From contig NC_043014.1 in assembly GCF_006345805.1 (NCBI RefSeq), positions 27,590,001 through 27,654,000 on the forward strand: a DNA stretch of 64,000 bases, given 5' to 3'. The position numbers and the translations under genes were made by a program. Positions within the stretch are counted from its first letter, which is position 1, and the number at the start of each line of letters is the position of its first letter. Under the pieces are notes generated by a model. That model searched no databases and was not told where the DNA came from. It saw only the letters and a program-made list of their open reading frames with translations. Below are positions 13,688 through 25,479 of this stretch, one piece after another. The DNA comes from Octopus sinensis (Eukaryota).

Positions 13688-13849
13688 CAGTGTGGCATCC
13701 AAAATATAAACAACAGGCTCTGTATTATAAGCTAGTGTTCTCATTGTAGTATGTGCAACATTGTCAAAAACCAAAATGTGGTCTCCATCCAGCATTGCTT
13801 TTAGTTCTTCATCAACTTTACCTCGGGCAATCAAAATGGTTATATCCAA
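13688..13849 (-). CDS. BBS12: BBS12-like exon (LDITILIARGKVDEELK...AYNTEPVVYILDATL)
   Basis: ctacag| acceptor, |GTATAA donor, 162 nt, phase 0-0. Resembles human VNLVLVQGNVSERL...AVQVAYITQV. Confidence 0.8.
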
Positions 13850-15275
13850 CTGTAGAAGAAAACAAGGATAATAAAAATACAAATTATTTATATATTTAGT
13901 TATTCAAAAAGACATTACATTATAATATTCAGTTTCACACACATAAATATTCTAATCAATGAAATAAATACATTGACAACTGCCTCCATGAAGTCGATTG
14001 AACTGCTATAAATAGAAGTCAAATTTCCTGCAAACCTTAAATCTAGTATTGCATACCTGTAAAATGATACAATGATCATAGCTAGAATGTCTTTGACCAA
14101 AGGTCTGTTTAATCTTAGGGCTCATGCTATCAATTATTTAAGTAAAATTATCAAAATTCTAACAAGGCACACAGGCTTTACTAAATTCCACCTTTACAAG
14201 ACCACATGATGGTCTTGTGTTTTAATTGATGGGGGTGGATGTCCTTTTTTTATATGACATACTAAAGCAGTTTCTATTAGGATCTGTATTGCTTACATAT
14301 GCTCTTCTCTCAACATTATTGTCTTCTTGTAAAGATTCTTGTTCACAAATGAGAGACACACTTTTCTTTTTAACAGAATTTATCTAAAGACAAAATAACG
14401 GTTATGAGTCAATGAAGGAATCATCATACGGTTACTCAACTTGGTAGAAATAGCAGCTTATTTCTCTTGAAAATGTCATGTCTTAAAGAAAGGACATTTG
14501 ATAATTAGATACACTGTCTAAAGCAAAAGACAACAAAAAAACTGGACAAACACAACAGGAATACTTTTGATCATTGTAAAACTAGGATTGAATAATAATT
14601 GGTGCTGTGAAGAACTAGTTAATATAAACAGAGAAACCAAAAAAACTAGAGATAGCAGCAACTCATCTCCCCACCAGTGATATATAGAACAACAGTGCCA
14701 GGACAGGTGGTGGTGTTGTGATTAGCAAATGAGCTTCTTAAAAATTATATATTAACGACAGAGGCAGTATCAAAACCAGCACTGGAAACGGAGGGGATTT
14801 ATCTCCTGCTAGCAATATAAACAAGAGTGCATTTTGCTCCAAAAGCCAATATGAGAGTTACTCTCATGGTATCTACTGCAGTATATTTTGTTCTAACAGA
14901 ACATCCACCTTCTCAGTGAAACCAAACTTAATAGAAAACAATAAAAATCACTTTATATGAAGTGGTTGACATTAGGAAGGGTATCTAGCCATAGAAACCT
15001 TGCCACAAGAGACAACTGGAGTCTGGACAGCTCCTCGGCTGGCCAGCATGGAAAACGGATGTTTAATGATGATGATGTCTGCTTTCCATGGTGGCATGTG
15101 TAAGAAAGTGTGTCACAATTCAAGTCAGTTCCATTCAGAGTTACTAACCTCCAAGACACGTTGGAGGACCACTTCTCACATGTAATTTGTTTATCCCCTT
15201 TTGTGAGGTACCCTATAAATAAAAGCAGCAGCCTTGTATAAAGTAATCTATCAGAAGAGAAACATATCTGCTTAC

Positions 15276-15428
15276 TTTCTTGATGAGCCACTGCACTTGT
15301 TCCAGCCATCTGTCTTTCTTGGATGCTGCTTTAGAGATGAACTCTTCATACAAACATTCTTCTTTGACTTCTGCAAGCTTCTTGTAACCAACATGATGGT
15401 TGTTGTAGCTAACATCTCCATTAAGAAG
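15276..15428 (-). CDS. BBS12: BBS12-like exon (LLNGDVSYNNHHVGYKK...DRWLEQVQWLIKK)
   Basis: AAG acceptor after a pyrimidine tract, |GTAAGC donor, 153 nt, phase 0-0. Resembles human LIEGDLTENYRHLGF...ELWANHVLQVL. Confidence 0.82.
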
Positions 15429-16409
15429 CTTCCAGAAAAGAAAGAAAAGAGTCAATAAATCTACTTTATTAGGAGCAATTTGATTCAGTGAAGGAAGGAG
15501 TGTGTAGGAGTACAACACAGACCTACTTCTCAATTTCTTATGATATATTCAGTTCTGATAATAAAAGTTTAAAGTCCATGGATCATACAACAGTTGTGAA
15601 AGAGCCTGGAACTTAGTGTAGATGATACAATAAGTGAAGTTGCAGGCTTGAATCATCTTCAGGTATTTCGTAATAAATTTTATTCCTTATAACATTGGTC
15701 TCATTAAGATGAGTTTTACAGTCAACAGTTGAAAATTAACTGTTTTCAGTGTGAGATGAGTTGTTTCCTCTTACAGAACTGTAAAAGCAGTATGGCAATC
15801 TTATATGGAAACATCTTGGAAGAATGAGCTATGATGCTCCAAAATCTAGTTAAGAGAGAGCAAAGTATGAGGGACTGAAAAAAGTATTAGAATCATCAAC
15901 GTTCATGAATTGAGTTTTTTGATGACCAGCATTGTGGGGTTGTATTATAGAAACTTATGGTTCTTGAATGCCAAACAGAAAAGCCAGGAAACTTGCTCAG
16001 GTGCTGAATGAGCCAAATGACATTTATTTGGATGAATTTAAAAGATGGTAACATTACATGCTATACACTGAGTACAGTTTTTGAGTTAACACTAATGTGA
16101 AATCCAGGTTACTTTAATTTATGACAGCTTCCAACAATAAATGTAAGAACGAGTTAACTGGTTGAAATATTTAGAAATTAACAATATTCTATAAAATTCA
16201 TATTTTACGTTTGGGAATAGTGATAGACAAAAAATGTCAGAACAGTTTGATTTAAATGGCTGGTTATGCATCACAGCCTACAAGAAATTTAAAGAATGTA
16301 AAGGAAAATAGTTTCTGCACATTTTTAGTATTGCTAACAGCTGTAAGTTCAATTCCAATATCAACAGTAAAATAATGTGATTGAAACTTTAGAGTCATGA
16401 ATTTATTAA

Positions 16410-16700
16410 TGTCCTCATATATATATATATATATATATACATATACACACACATACATGCATATATATATATTGTATATACATATAAATTATGTATATAT
16501 ATACACACAAATATATATAAATATATACCTATATATACATTGTGTGTATATATATATATTATGCATATATATATACACACATACATATGTGTATATATAT
16601 ATATACATATATATTTTGTGTATATATATATACATATATATTGTCTGTATATATATATTCATATATATTATGTCTATATATATATATACACACACATATT
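16410..16700. repeat. Degenerate (TA)n/(CA)n microsatellite
   Basis: Directly visible. Similar tracts at 1225-1255, 17740-17870, 18900-19040, 36255-36330 and 62780-63170. Confidence 0.9.
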
Positions 16701-17700
16701 CTTCGGCATCTTTTTTGTCTCGGGGAAACAATGGAGTTGCGCATAAAATAATCTAGTCCGGCTTTTACATTTCATGTCCTAATACATCTCCTTTTGTGGC
16801 TGTGTAGTCCTATCCTGGACAAACACTCTCTCTGGCAGGTAACGCAAATGTAGTGAAGACTTTGCTTGGCTGGTTGTAATGTCATAGTTTCTTGTTGACG
16901 TCTTTTCTTGTCTTTCCATTTCTTTGTGTTCCCTCTTCTATGGTGCATCACCAATCTCCACGGTTGCTGGCAACTGCTTCCCAGTTGCTAATATTGACCT
17001 TTCCATGATATGCAAGATACCATACAGCACAATGGTTCAACATCAGCCGCCTTCCAAATAAAGAACAGGGTAAAGCAAGGCTGTGTCCTTGCTCCTACAT
17101 TATTTGGCATCTTCTCACTGCTGCTGTCACATGCCTTTGAGATGGGGTGTTTCTGCACAACAGAAGTGACAGGAAACTGTTCAATCTCTCGCGTCTGCAT
17201 GCCAAGACCAAAATCAGAAGCATCCTGATCAAGGAGATGCTATTTGCTGATGATGCCGCTCTGATATCACACACAGAAGAAGCCCTACAAAGGCTCATCA
17301 ACTGTTTTGAGCAAGTATGTAGCGACTTTGGCTTAGTTATCAGCCTCAAGAAGACCAACATCATGGGTCAGGCTACATCGGACATCCCAAACATACATAT
17401 TGGAGACCACAGACTACAGGAGGTGGAGAAGTTTACCCATCTTGACTCTGTCATCACCTACAACCTATTCCTTGATGCCGAGCTCAATATATGCATTGGC
17501 AAAGCAGCTGCTATGAAGGCCCAACTCATTAAACAGGCATGGGACAACAATAAGCTGACCAAGACCACAAAAATGAAGATTTACCAGGCATGTGTACTTA
17601 GCACTCAACTGTATGGCAGTGAGATCTGGACGCCATGCACACGCCAAGAGTGTCGCCTAAATATCTTTCACCTGCGCTGCCTCCGGAAAATCCTCCAGAA
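16700..17700. mobile_element. RTE-BovB-like LINE with internal inversion: 3' end on - (16700-16990), RT segment on + (16991-17700)
   Basis: + strand VKQGCVLAPTLF...MLFADD...HLRCLRKIL; - strand WEAVASNR...CVTCQRECLSRIGLHSH plus an RTE-type 3' tail (TCCATTGTTTCCCCGAGAC). Confidence 0.85.
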
Positions 17701-17794
17701 AACACGTGTTGTTGTGTTTTCTCTTTGTTCATGTTTGGATTAACTATATATATATATATATATTTATATACACTTCTATATATGTATATATATA

Positions 17795-17847
<53 letters not shown>

Positions 17848-18034
17848 GTATATATATGTAAATATATATACGAGATATGCATTGCTAAAGTTGTATAGTA
17901 CACTTATTGCAAAAGCACATATTTTGTTTTTATCTATCTTCTATTCCTTTTCGTCCTATAGATGTACAGATACACAGACGTTGAGCTATATTATATAGAA
18001 GATATGATATGATATGTATATATATCATCACCAT

Positions 18035-18880
18035 CATCATCGTTTAACGTCCGTTTTCCATGCTAGCATGGGTTGGACGGTTCGACCAGGGTCTGGGAAG
18101 CCAGGAGGCTGCGCCAGGCTCCAGTCTGATCTGGCAGTGTTTCTACTGCTGGATGCCCTTCCTTACGCCAACCACTCCGTGAGTGTAGTGGGTGCTTTTT
18201 ATGTGCCAGGCAAGGCTAGCAATGGCCACGATTGGCTGGTGCTTTTTACGTGCCACCAGCACAGAAGCCGGTCAAGGTGACGCTGGCATCGGCCACGTCC
18301 GGATGGTGCTTTTTATGTGCCACCGGCACAGGTATCACAACTACAATTTCCATTTGATTTTTGATGTTGATGTACTTGACTCAATAGGTCTCCTCAAGCA
18401 CAGTGTGTGTATATATATATCATCATCATTCTTTAACGTCCGCTTTCCATGCTAGCATGGGTTGGACGATTTGACTGAGGACTGGCGAACCAGATGGCTG
18501 CGCCAGGCTCCAATCTCATATGGTAGAGCTTCCACAGCTGGATGCCTTTCCTAACGCCAACCACTCCTAGAGTGCAGTGGGTGCTTTTATGTGCCACATG
18601 CACGAGGGCCAGTCTGGCAGTACTGGCTACGGCTACGCTCGAAATGGTGGTGTTTCTTTATGTTCCACTGCACAGGAGTCAGTCCAGCGGCACTGGCAAC
18701 AACCTCGCTCAAATGTTTTGTTCTCGTGCCAGTAAGACGATGCTGGTAACGATCACGCTCAAATGGTGTTTTTTATGTGCTCACCGGCATGGAAGCCAGA
18801 CAGCTGCTCTGGCAGTGATACCGCTCGGATGGAGTTGTTAGCACTCCACTGGCATGGGTGCCAGTCATCGAATTTGGTTC
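18035..18880 (+). repeat. Two tandem copies of the SINE-like repeat with internal TGGTGCTTTTTA(C/T)GTGCCACC subrepeats
   Basis: Both copies start CATCATC..TTTAACGTCCG.TTTCCATGCTAGCATGGGTTGGACG (about 18035 and 18421). Confidence 0.8.
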
Positions 18881-19045
18881 AATTTATATATACACAAACA
18901 CACACACACACATATAATATAATATATATATATATATATATCATCATCATCATCATCATCGTATTTATGTAATATAATATATATATTTATGTAATATATA
19001 ATTATATATAATACATAATATATATATGTATAATATATAACACTG

Positions 19046-19598
19046 TGTAAGAATTAGCACTTCCTTCTCTAAGCTTGGATTCGAAATCAGACCCAAGAAT
19101 CATTGGTCGTAAAATACCAATGCACAAAAAGGCGCGAAATCAGAATCTCTTTGTTCTGACAAAAAATGATGGATCGTCTCCCTTCGACCTCTGACCCGAG
19201 CAGGTCAGACGAAGTTTAACAGGACGACCAGCGACCTACTGTACGCGATAACACTCTGGCGGTATATCTATTTTTCTGGCTATTTGAGATGTTATAAATA
19301 GAACGGAGAAATAGGTATCTAGAGAACCCGAACCAACGCTTAAAGAGAACGCCACGCATTTATGAGGACGACGAAAGAATATTCAGAAAGGTGACTCTGT
19401 CCTGCATGATTTACACACACACACACCATCAAACATATTCTGCTTTAATGTGTATCCTGTATTATGCATTCCTTTAATATGTATTATTTGCAACCACTAT
19501 TTAATATGCATTGCTTACAAATTGATGTAGTGATAATAAATCTTTAATTTATTACAAAGCACTTATGTATTTATTAATACATCCACGCATCCACTACA
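19046..19598 (+). repeat. 5' LTR (553 bp)
   Basis: TGTAAG...CTACA; TATAAATA at 19293, AATAAA at 19535; near-identical to 24309-24884. Confidence 0.96.
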
Positions 19599-19600
19599 TT

Positions 19601-19611
19601 TGGTGACCCCG
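19601..19611 (+). promoter_or_regulatory. Primer-binding site complementary to the tRNA-Trp 3' end
   Basis: TGGTGACCCCG, 2 nt after the LTR, complements ...CGGGGTCACCA, the 3' end of metazoan tRNA-Trp. Confidence 0.85.
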
Positions 19612-19716
19612 TAAAACGAATCGCGCTTTCCCCGGAACCAGCTTCATCAACCGCGTCGAAGAATTACAGTTTGCACATCACCAGCAACGAAGCAACTGAA
19701 AATTCCGACGAAAACA

Positions 19717-20592
19717 ATGAATCTCCCGGAACAAAATCCAGCGGCCAACATCGACATGGCATTCCAAGCGGCGATCTCGTTAAAAATTCCACCATTCTGG
19801 ACCCACGACCCGACATTGTGGTTTCACCATATAGAGGCACAGTTTGCCTCTCACAGAATATCGAGCGATGCGGCTCGACTTTCTCACGTTATCAGTTCTC
19901 TGTCACCAGAAATAACGAACGTGATACGCGACCTTATCATGGCACCACCCGGTTCTGTTTCATATGAAGTTTTTAAAACCACGTTAATAAACAGAACCTC
20001 AGAATCCCAACAAAAAAGACTTCACCAGCTTCTGATATCGGAAGAATTGGGTGACAAAACGCCGTCCCAGCTTCTTCGGAGAATGAAACAGCTTCTCGGA
20101 GATGAGACGCTCCCAGAAAAAATCTTCAAGCAACTTTTTCTCCAGCGTCTGCCCTCCAATACCCAGGTTGTTCTCGCCTCCACCAGAGAAAACACATCCC
20201 TTGAAGAACTGGCGGAGCTAGCTGACTAAATAGCCGAAGTACCGCACAGATATCCAACGGTATCGACGGTGACGCCAGCCGCTCCCAGTACCAATCCTTT
20301 CCGTGCACAAACCAGTTCTTCAGAGATTTCGGATTTGCGTGCATTAATGACGCAGCAAGCTGCGCAAATACAAATTCTCACAGCCCAAATACAAGCCCTA
20401 AAGTTTAGTCCCCAGCGTCGAAGCACCAGCCGATCTCGACGAGATGGCAGACGGTCTCGAAGCCCTAGTGCTACCCGCAACTTACATGACACGTGTTGGT
20501 ACCACCGTACATTCGGAACACGGGCACAAAAATGTACGGTACCGTGCTCGTTTTCCTCACCCAGTTCGGGAAACGGCACAGCCAGGAATTGA
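19717..20592 (+). pseudogene. gag (291 codons) with one in-frame TAA at 20227-20229
   Basis: ORFs 19717..20229 and 20269..20592 share a frame. N-terminal KIPPFW...WF..IEAQF motif; C-terminal CWYHRTFGTRAQKCTVPC. LAD*IAE is expected to read LADKIAE. Confidence 0.92.
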
Positions 20593-20630
20593 ACGCGACG
20601 GAAATTCCTGGTTCGCACCCACACAGTCGC
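20568..20630 (+). promoter_or_regulatory. -1 ribosomal frameshift signal: G GGA AAC plus downstream stem/pseudoknot
   Basis: Heptamer 20568-20574 in the gag frame; stem 20582-20590 / 20603-20611; loop GCGAC complementary to GTCGC at 20626-20630; pol lies in the -1 frame. Confidence 0.85.
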
Positions 20631-23600
20631 CTGTTTTTCGTTTGCGATCGTGTAACAGGCATGCGTTTCCTGGTTGACACAGGTGCGGAAGTCAGCATCA
20701 TCCCAGTCTCCAACACTTCTGGAAAAAGAAAAGAGACATCAGTCTGTCTTCAGGCAGTCAACCATTCACCCATTCCAACCTACGGTGAACAGTCCCTAAC
20801 ATTAAACATAGGACTACGCCGCACATTTCAGTGGGTATTCGTCGTCGCTAAACTGCCGACCCCTATCTTAGGAGCCGATTTCCTGCATCATTTCGGTCTC
20901 CTGGTAGACATAAAGAACAGACGACTTGTCGACACCACCACCAAGCTTACTGTGCGCGGTATAGCCGCTCGAATGGACACAGTCAGCCCAACTGTAATGC
21001 TTACGACAACGACTCGTCACAGTTCCATCCTGAATGATTATCCAGATGTCGCCCGGCCAGTTTTTCATAACCAGCTGATAAAGCACGACGTTACCCACCA
21101 CATCAAAACCAGCGGTCCACCTGTTGCTGCAAGGCCCAGAAGGTTACCACCTGATCGTCTCCAGGCCGTCAAGCGGGAATTCCAGCACATGCTCGACCTC
21201 GGAATCATCCGCGTTTCCAGCAGCAACTGGTCCTCGCCGATACACTGCGTCCCAAAAAAATCATCGACCGATTGGCGGGTTTGCGGCGATTATCGATCAC
21301 TGAATAAAAGCACTATCAGTGATGCCTATCCGGTGCCTTTTCTTCAGGACTTTTTGAGCTCGCATCTTTTCAAAAATCGACCTGGTGCGAGCATACAACC
21401 AAATCCCAGTCAAACCTGCAGACATCTCAAAGACAGCAGTGACTACACCCTTCGGAATGTTTGAATTCCTGCGTATGCCTTTCGGTTTACGAAACGCGGC
21501 ACAGACATTCCAAAGGTTTATCGACATGGTGACTAGAGGTTTGCCTTTCGTCTATGCCTACATAGACGACATACTCGTGGCCAGTAACTCGGACGAAGAG
21601 CATAATCAACACCTTCACCTGCTATTCGGACGACTACGTCAATTTGGAATTGTTATCAACCCTACCAAATGTTTGTTCGGAGTTGCTTCCCTTCATTTTC
21701 TCGGCCATATAGTTGATAAAAATGGAATTCGTCCCCTTCCCGAGAAAGTCAAGGCCATCGTGGATTTTCCACCACCCACATCTCTCCGCAAATTAAGGGA
21801 ATATCTCGGTCTAGCGAATTTCTATCGACGGTTCGTGCCCCACCTCGCTGAAATAGCGCAACCGCTCACGGATTTGCTACGTCAGCGAACCTGCAAAAAT
21901 GCAGATATAGCTCTGACCGAAGATCAACTCGCTTCTTTCGCTGCCCTGAAAAAAGCGTTATCTAGCGCTACCATGTTGGTTTATCCAAAACCAGACGCCC
22001 CACGATGTTTACTCGTTGATGCATCCGATTCCGGAATCGGAGGTGTGCTACAACAGCTTGTTGACGGTATATGGCAACCGTTGTCTTTCTTTTCTAAGCG
22101 GTTAAAACCCGCGGAAACCAAATACAGCACATTCAGTCGGGAATTATTGGCGGCATACCTGGCCGTTAAGCATTCCCGTCATATGCTAGAAGGTACCAAT
22201 TTTGCCATATACACCGACCACAAGCCATTAGTATACACATTTAACACCAAACCGGATCGCCATTCGCCAAGAGAAATACGCCACCTTGATTTCATATCGC
22301 AGTACACAACGGATATACGCCACATCAAAGGGACGACCAACGTGGCAGCTGATGCACTTTCACGTGCGCAGATCAATGCTATCCACACCACGTCTACAAT
22401 TGATCTGGCACGTATAGCAGCTGACCAGGAGAATGACGAAGAACTTCTAAAGCTCCGGAATTCGTCATCTCTGAAATTTCAGCATGTTCCACTACCATCA
22501 TCCACAGCCCATATTTGGTGTGATATTTCCACTGGTTACCAACGCCCTTATGTACCACAGAAATATCGTCGAGAAGTTTTCTCCGCTCTACATTCTCTGT
22601 CACATCCTGGTATTCGCTCCACTCAAAAGCTAATATCGACCCGTTTTGTGTGGACCAGTATCAACAAGGATATCAGAGAATGGACCAAGTGCTGTGTTGC
22701 GTGCCAAAAAGCGAAAATCCACCGGCACATAAAATCACCAATCGGTTCATTTTCGCAGCCCGATGCACGATTTCAGCACGTTCGCATTGATATCGTTGGA
22801 CCCCTGCCACCTTCGCAGAACTATTCATATTTGCTAACTTGCGTAGATAGGTTCTCGCGATGGCCCGAAGCCTGGCCCCTATCTGATATATCAGCAGAAA
22901 CGGTCGCTAAAACGCTGATATCACAATGGGTTTCGCGTTTTGGCACACCCGCAACAATTACCACCGACAGAGGACGTCAGTTCGATTCCCACCTTTTCAC
23001 CGAGCTGACTCGTCTCCTCGGGTGTAAACACACCCGCACTACAGCTTACCACCCTGCAGCAAATGGCATGGTGGAACGCTTTCACTGCCAACTCAAGGCA
23101 TCTATAAAAGCTGCTCCAGACAGTTCTCACTGGTTGGAACATCTCCCTCTCATCCTCCTTGGAATTCGATCCACGATTAAGGAAGAACTGGGATATACTC
23201 CGGCCGAACTCGTTTATGGCACAACACTCACCTTACCTGGGCAGATGATCGAACCTGTTTTACAAAACTTCCCTGACCCACAACAATATGTGCACCGATT
23301 ACGAACATCCATGTCGCAGTTATCACCTTCAGGCCCCAGACAACAGAACGTCGTTTCACATGTCCCAAAAGATATCAACACATGGACTCATGTCTTCGTG
23401 AGGAATGATGGGATACCCTCTCAACTTCGACCACCATATTCCGGGCCCTACAAGGTCATCAAAAGAGAACCCAAGTATTTCGTCCTCGATATTGGAGGTA
23501 AACGAAATACGGTCTCGATTGATCGTTTAAAAAAAGCTTTCATCGAGGAGGACTTACATTCAGTCCCCTCTTTTCCTCAAACAGACTCGGCAACTCCAGC

Positions 23601-23721
23601 GAACACCACAGATCCTGCACAACCCCGACACACCAAATCAGGAAGAACAGTTCGATGGCCAGCAAGGTTTGTGCAAGTTTTTCGGGTAAGTTCTGAACTC
23701 CTAACATATCCATCTTCCTAA
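20572..23721 (+). pseudogene. pol (protease, RT, RNase H, integrase) broken by a frameshifting deletion near 21354-21357
   Basis: FLVDTGA (20676), YIDD (21559-21570), RNase H DAS, integrase H-H-C-C, D-D-E (IDIVGP, TTDRG, NGMVER) and GPY. Frame changes at QDF[13 protein letters not shown]. Confidence 0.93.
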
Positions 23722-24295
23722 TGAACACATAACTGCATCACCCACCCAGAGAAATCAATGAACATTTGTGTACGTAAAGAAAAAAAAAAATTAAAACAAA
23801 AAACTGTCTGTATGAACTTTTACGGAACATTTCAAAATCAAACTTTGCCGATGAACATTTCTTTCATTTTTGCATTTACATATTTTTTTGTTTTCTCTTC
23901 AAAATGTTTGCTTTCTCATAAATATATTTTTTTGCTAACTGTATATCCACACACATTTACAAATCTTGTTCTCATGCGTGCTATCACTCGATTTTTTTTT
24001 TCGCCACTGAAAGATACCTTGTCTCTATTAGACCTCTAGTAGGTCGAGTAATCAATAGACGCACATCTCTTTCAACGCGCCAACATAATTCTGCCTGGGC
24101 ACATATACATATTGCCCACCATATAGCACATACAAATTGTAAACCTTTCATCCATATTTTTATCGTTCAATGTGTAAAAAAAAAAAAAATTTTTTTTCTC
24201 TGCATGCACACAATCAAAAAAAATAAAAAAATAATAATAATAATAATAGTAATAATACATTTCCAATATCGTTCGATCTCTGTGGCTTTCTCACT

Positions 24296-24308
24296 AGAAG
24301 TGGGGTAG
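24296..24308 (+). promoter_or_regulatory. Polypurine tract
   Basis: AGAAGTGGGGTAG immediately 5' of the 3' LTR. Confidence 0.8.
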
Positions 24309-24884
24309 TGTAAGAATTAGCACTTCCTTCTCTAAGCTTGGATTCGAAATCAGACCCAAGAATCATTGGTCGTAAAATACCAATGCACAAAAAGGCGCGA
24401 AATCAGAATCTCTTTGTTCTGACAAAAAATGATGGATCGTCTCCCTTCGACCTCTGACCCGAGCAGTCAGACGAAGTTTAACAGGACGACCAGCGACCTA
24501 CTGTACGCGATAACACTCTTGCGGTATATCTATTTTTCTGGCTATTTGAGATGTTATAAATAGAACGGAGAAATAGGTATCTAGAGAGAAGCCGAACCAA
24601 CGTTTAAGAGAACGTCACGCATTTATGAGGACGACGAAAGAATATTCAGAAAGGTGACTCTGTCCTGCATGATTTACACACACACACACCATCAAACATA
24701 TTCTGCTTTAATGTGTATCCTGTATTATGCATTCCTTTAATATGTATTATTTGCAACCACTATTTAATATGCATTTTGTACAAGCGATGTGTAACATTGC
24801 TTACAAATTGATGTAGTGATAATAAATCTTTAATTTATTACAAAGCACTTATGTATTTATTAATACATCCACGCATCCACTACA
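24309..24884 (+). repeat. 3' LTR (576 bp)
   Basis: Differs from the 5' LTR by about 4 substitutions and 4 indels (1, 2, 1 and 23 bp). Confidence 0.96.
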
Positions 24885-24981
24885 ACTGCATAGTGCTATG
24901 ATTATATTTGAATTTTCAAGTGTTTCTCTTCTTCATGGATATTAGTGATGTCAATAATTAACTTATCGCTCCACAAATCAA

Positions 24982-25342
24982 TTTTCACCACCTCTTTTCT
25001 AATATGTAGCAAATGTGCCCGTGCGTGTATGTCATGTTATGTATTGCATGCCTAGCTCCAATCTATTATTTATTTGTGGGTATAATTTATAGATAATCAA
25101 AGCTTCCTTAAGTTGCCGAGATTTCTAAAACACACTGATAGATGTAAAAATACCAACAAACAAATTAAAGTTACTATTGAAGCCAATGATAGAAATCTCG
25201 GCAACTTAAGAATTAAGGAAGCTTTCATTATCTATAAATTAAACTCACAAATAAATAATAGATTGCAGCTAGGCACACAATACATAACATGACATACACA
25301 CACAGGCACATTTGCTACATATTAGGAAAGAGGTGATGAAAA
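24982..25342. mobile_element. Penelope-like element end forming an inverted repeat (arms 24982-25127 and 25190-25342)
   Basis: The arms are reverse complements; the right arm reads NLRIKEAFIIYKLNSQIN, resembling a GIY-YIG C-terminus. Confidence 0.65.
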
Positions 25343-25479
25343 GTCTGTTCTGTAAAAAAATAAAATTTCCACCAGTGGAAATAACTCACCAGCTGAATTG
25401 AAGAAAAAATTTTAAAACATCTTTCATGAAGTGATGTTGGATAAATTAGGTCTCGGTTCTAAGACTGAGGCCTGTTTTT

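Larger units (their letters stand above)
19046..24884 (+). mobile_element. Full-length Ty3/Gypsy LTR retrotransposon, CsRn1-clade features, antisense in a BBS12 intron
   Basis: Paired TG...CA LTRs, ACTG TSD (19042-19045 and 24885-24888), PBS, PPT, gag with CX2HX9CX3C, pol in PR-RT-RH-IN order. Confidence 0.97.

Noticed and set aside
16395-16756. Many Y/I/C/V-rich ORFs (also at 17598-17998 and 61250-61620)
   Set aside because: Translations of (TA)n/(CA)n microsatellites.
23722-24295. Possible env or extra ORF in the Gypsy 3' region
   Set aside because: Only about 570 nt of A/T-run and (TAA)n sequence; the ORFs are low-complexity with no signal or transmembrane architecture.
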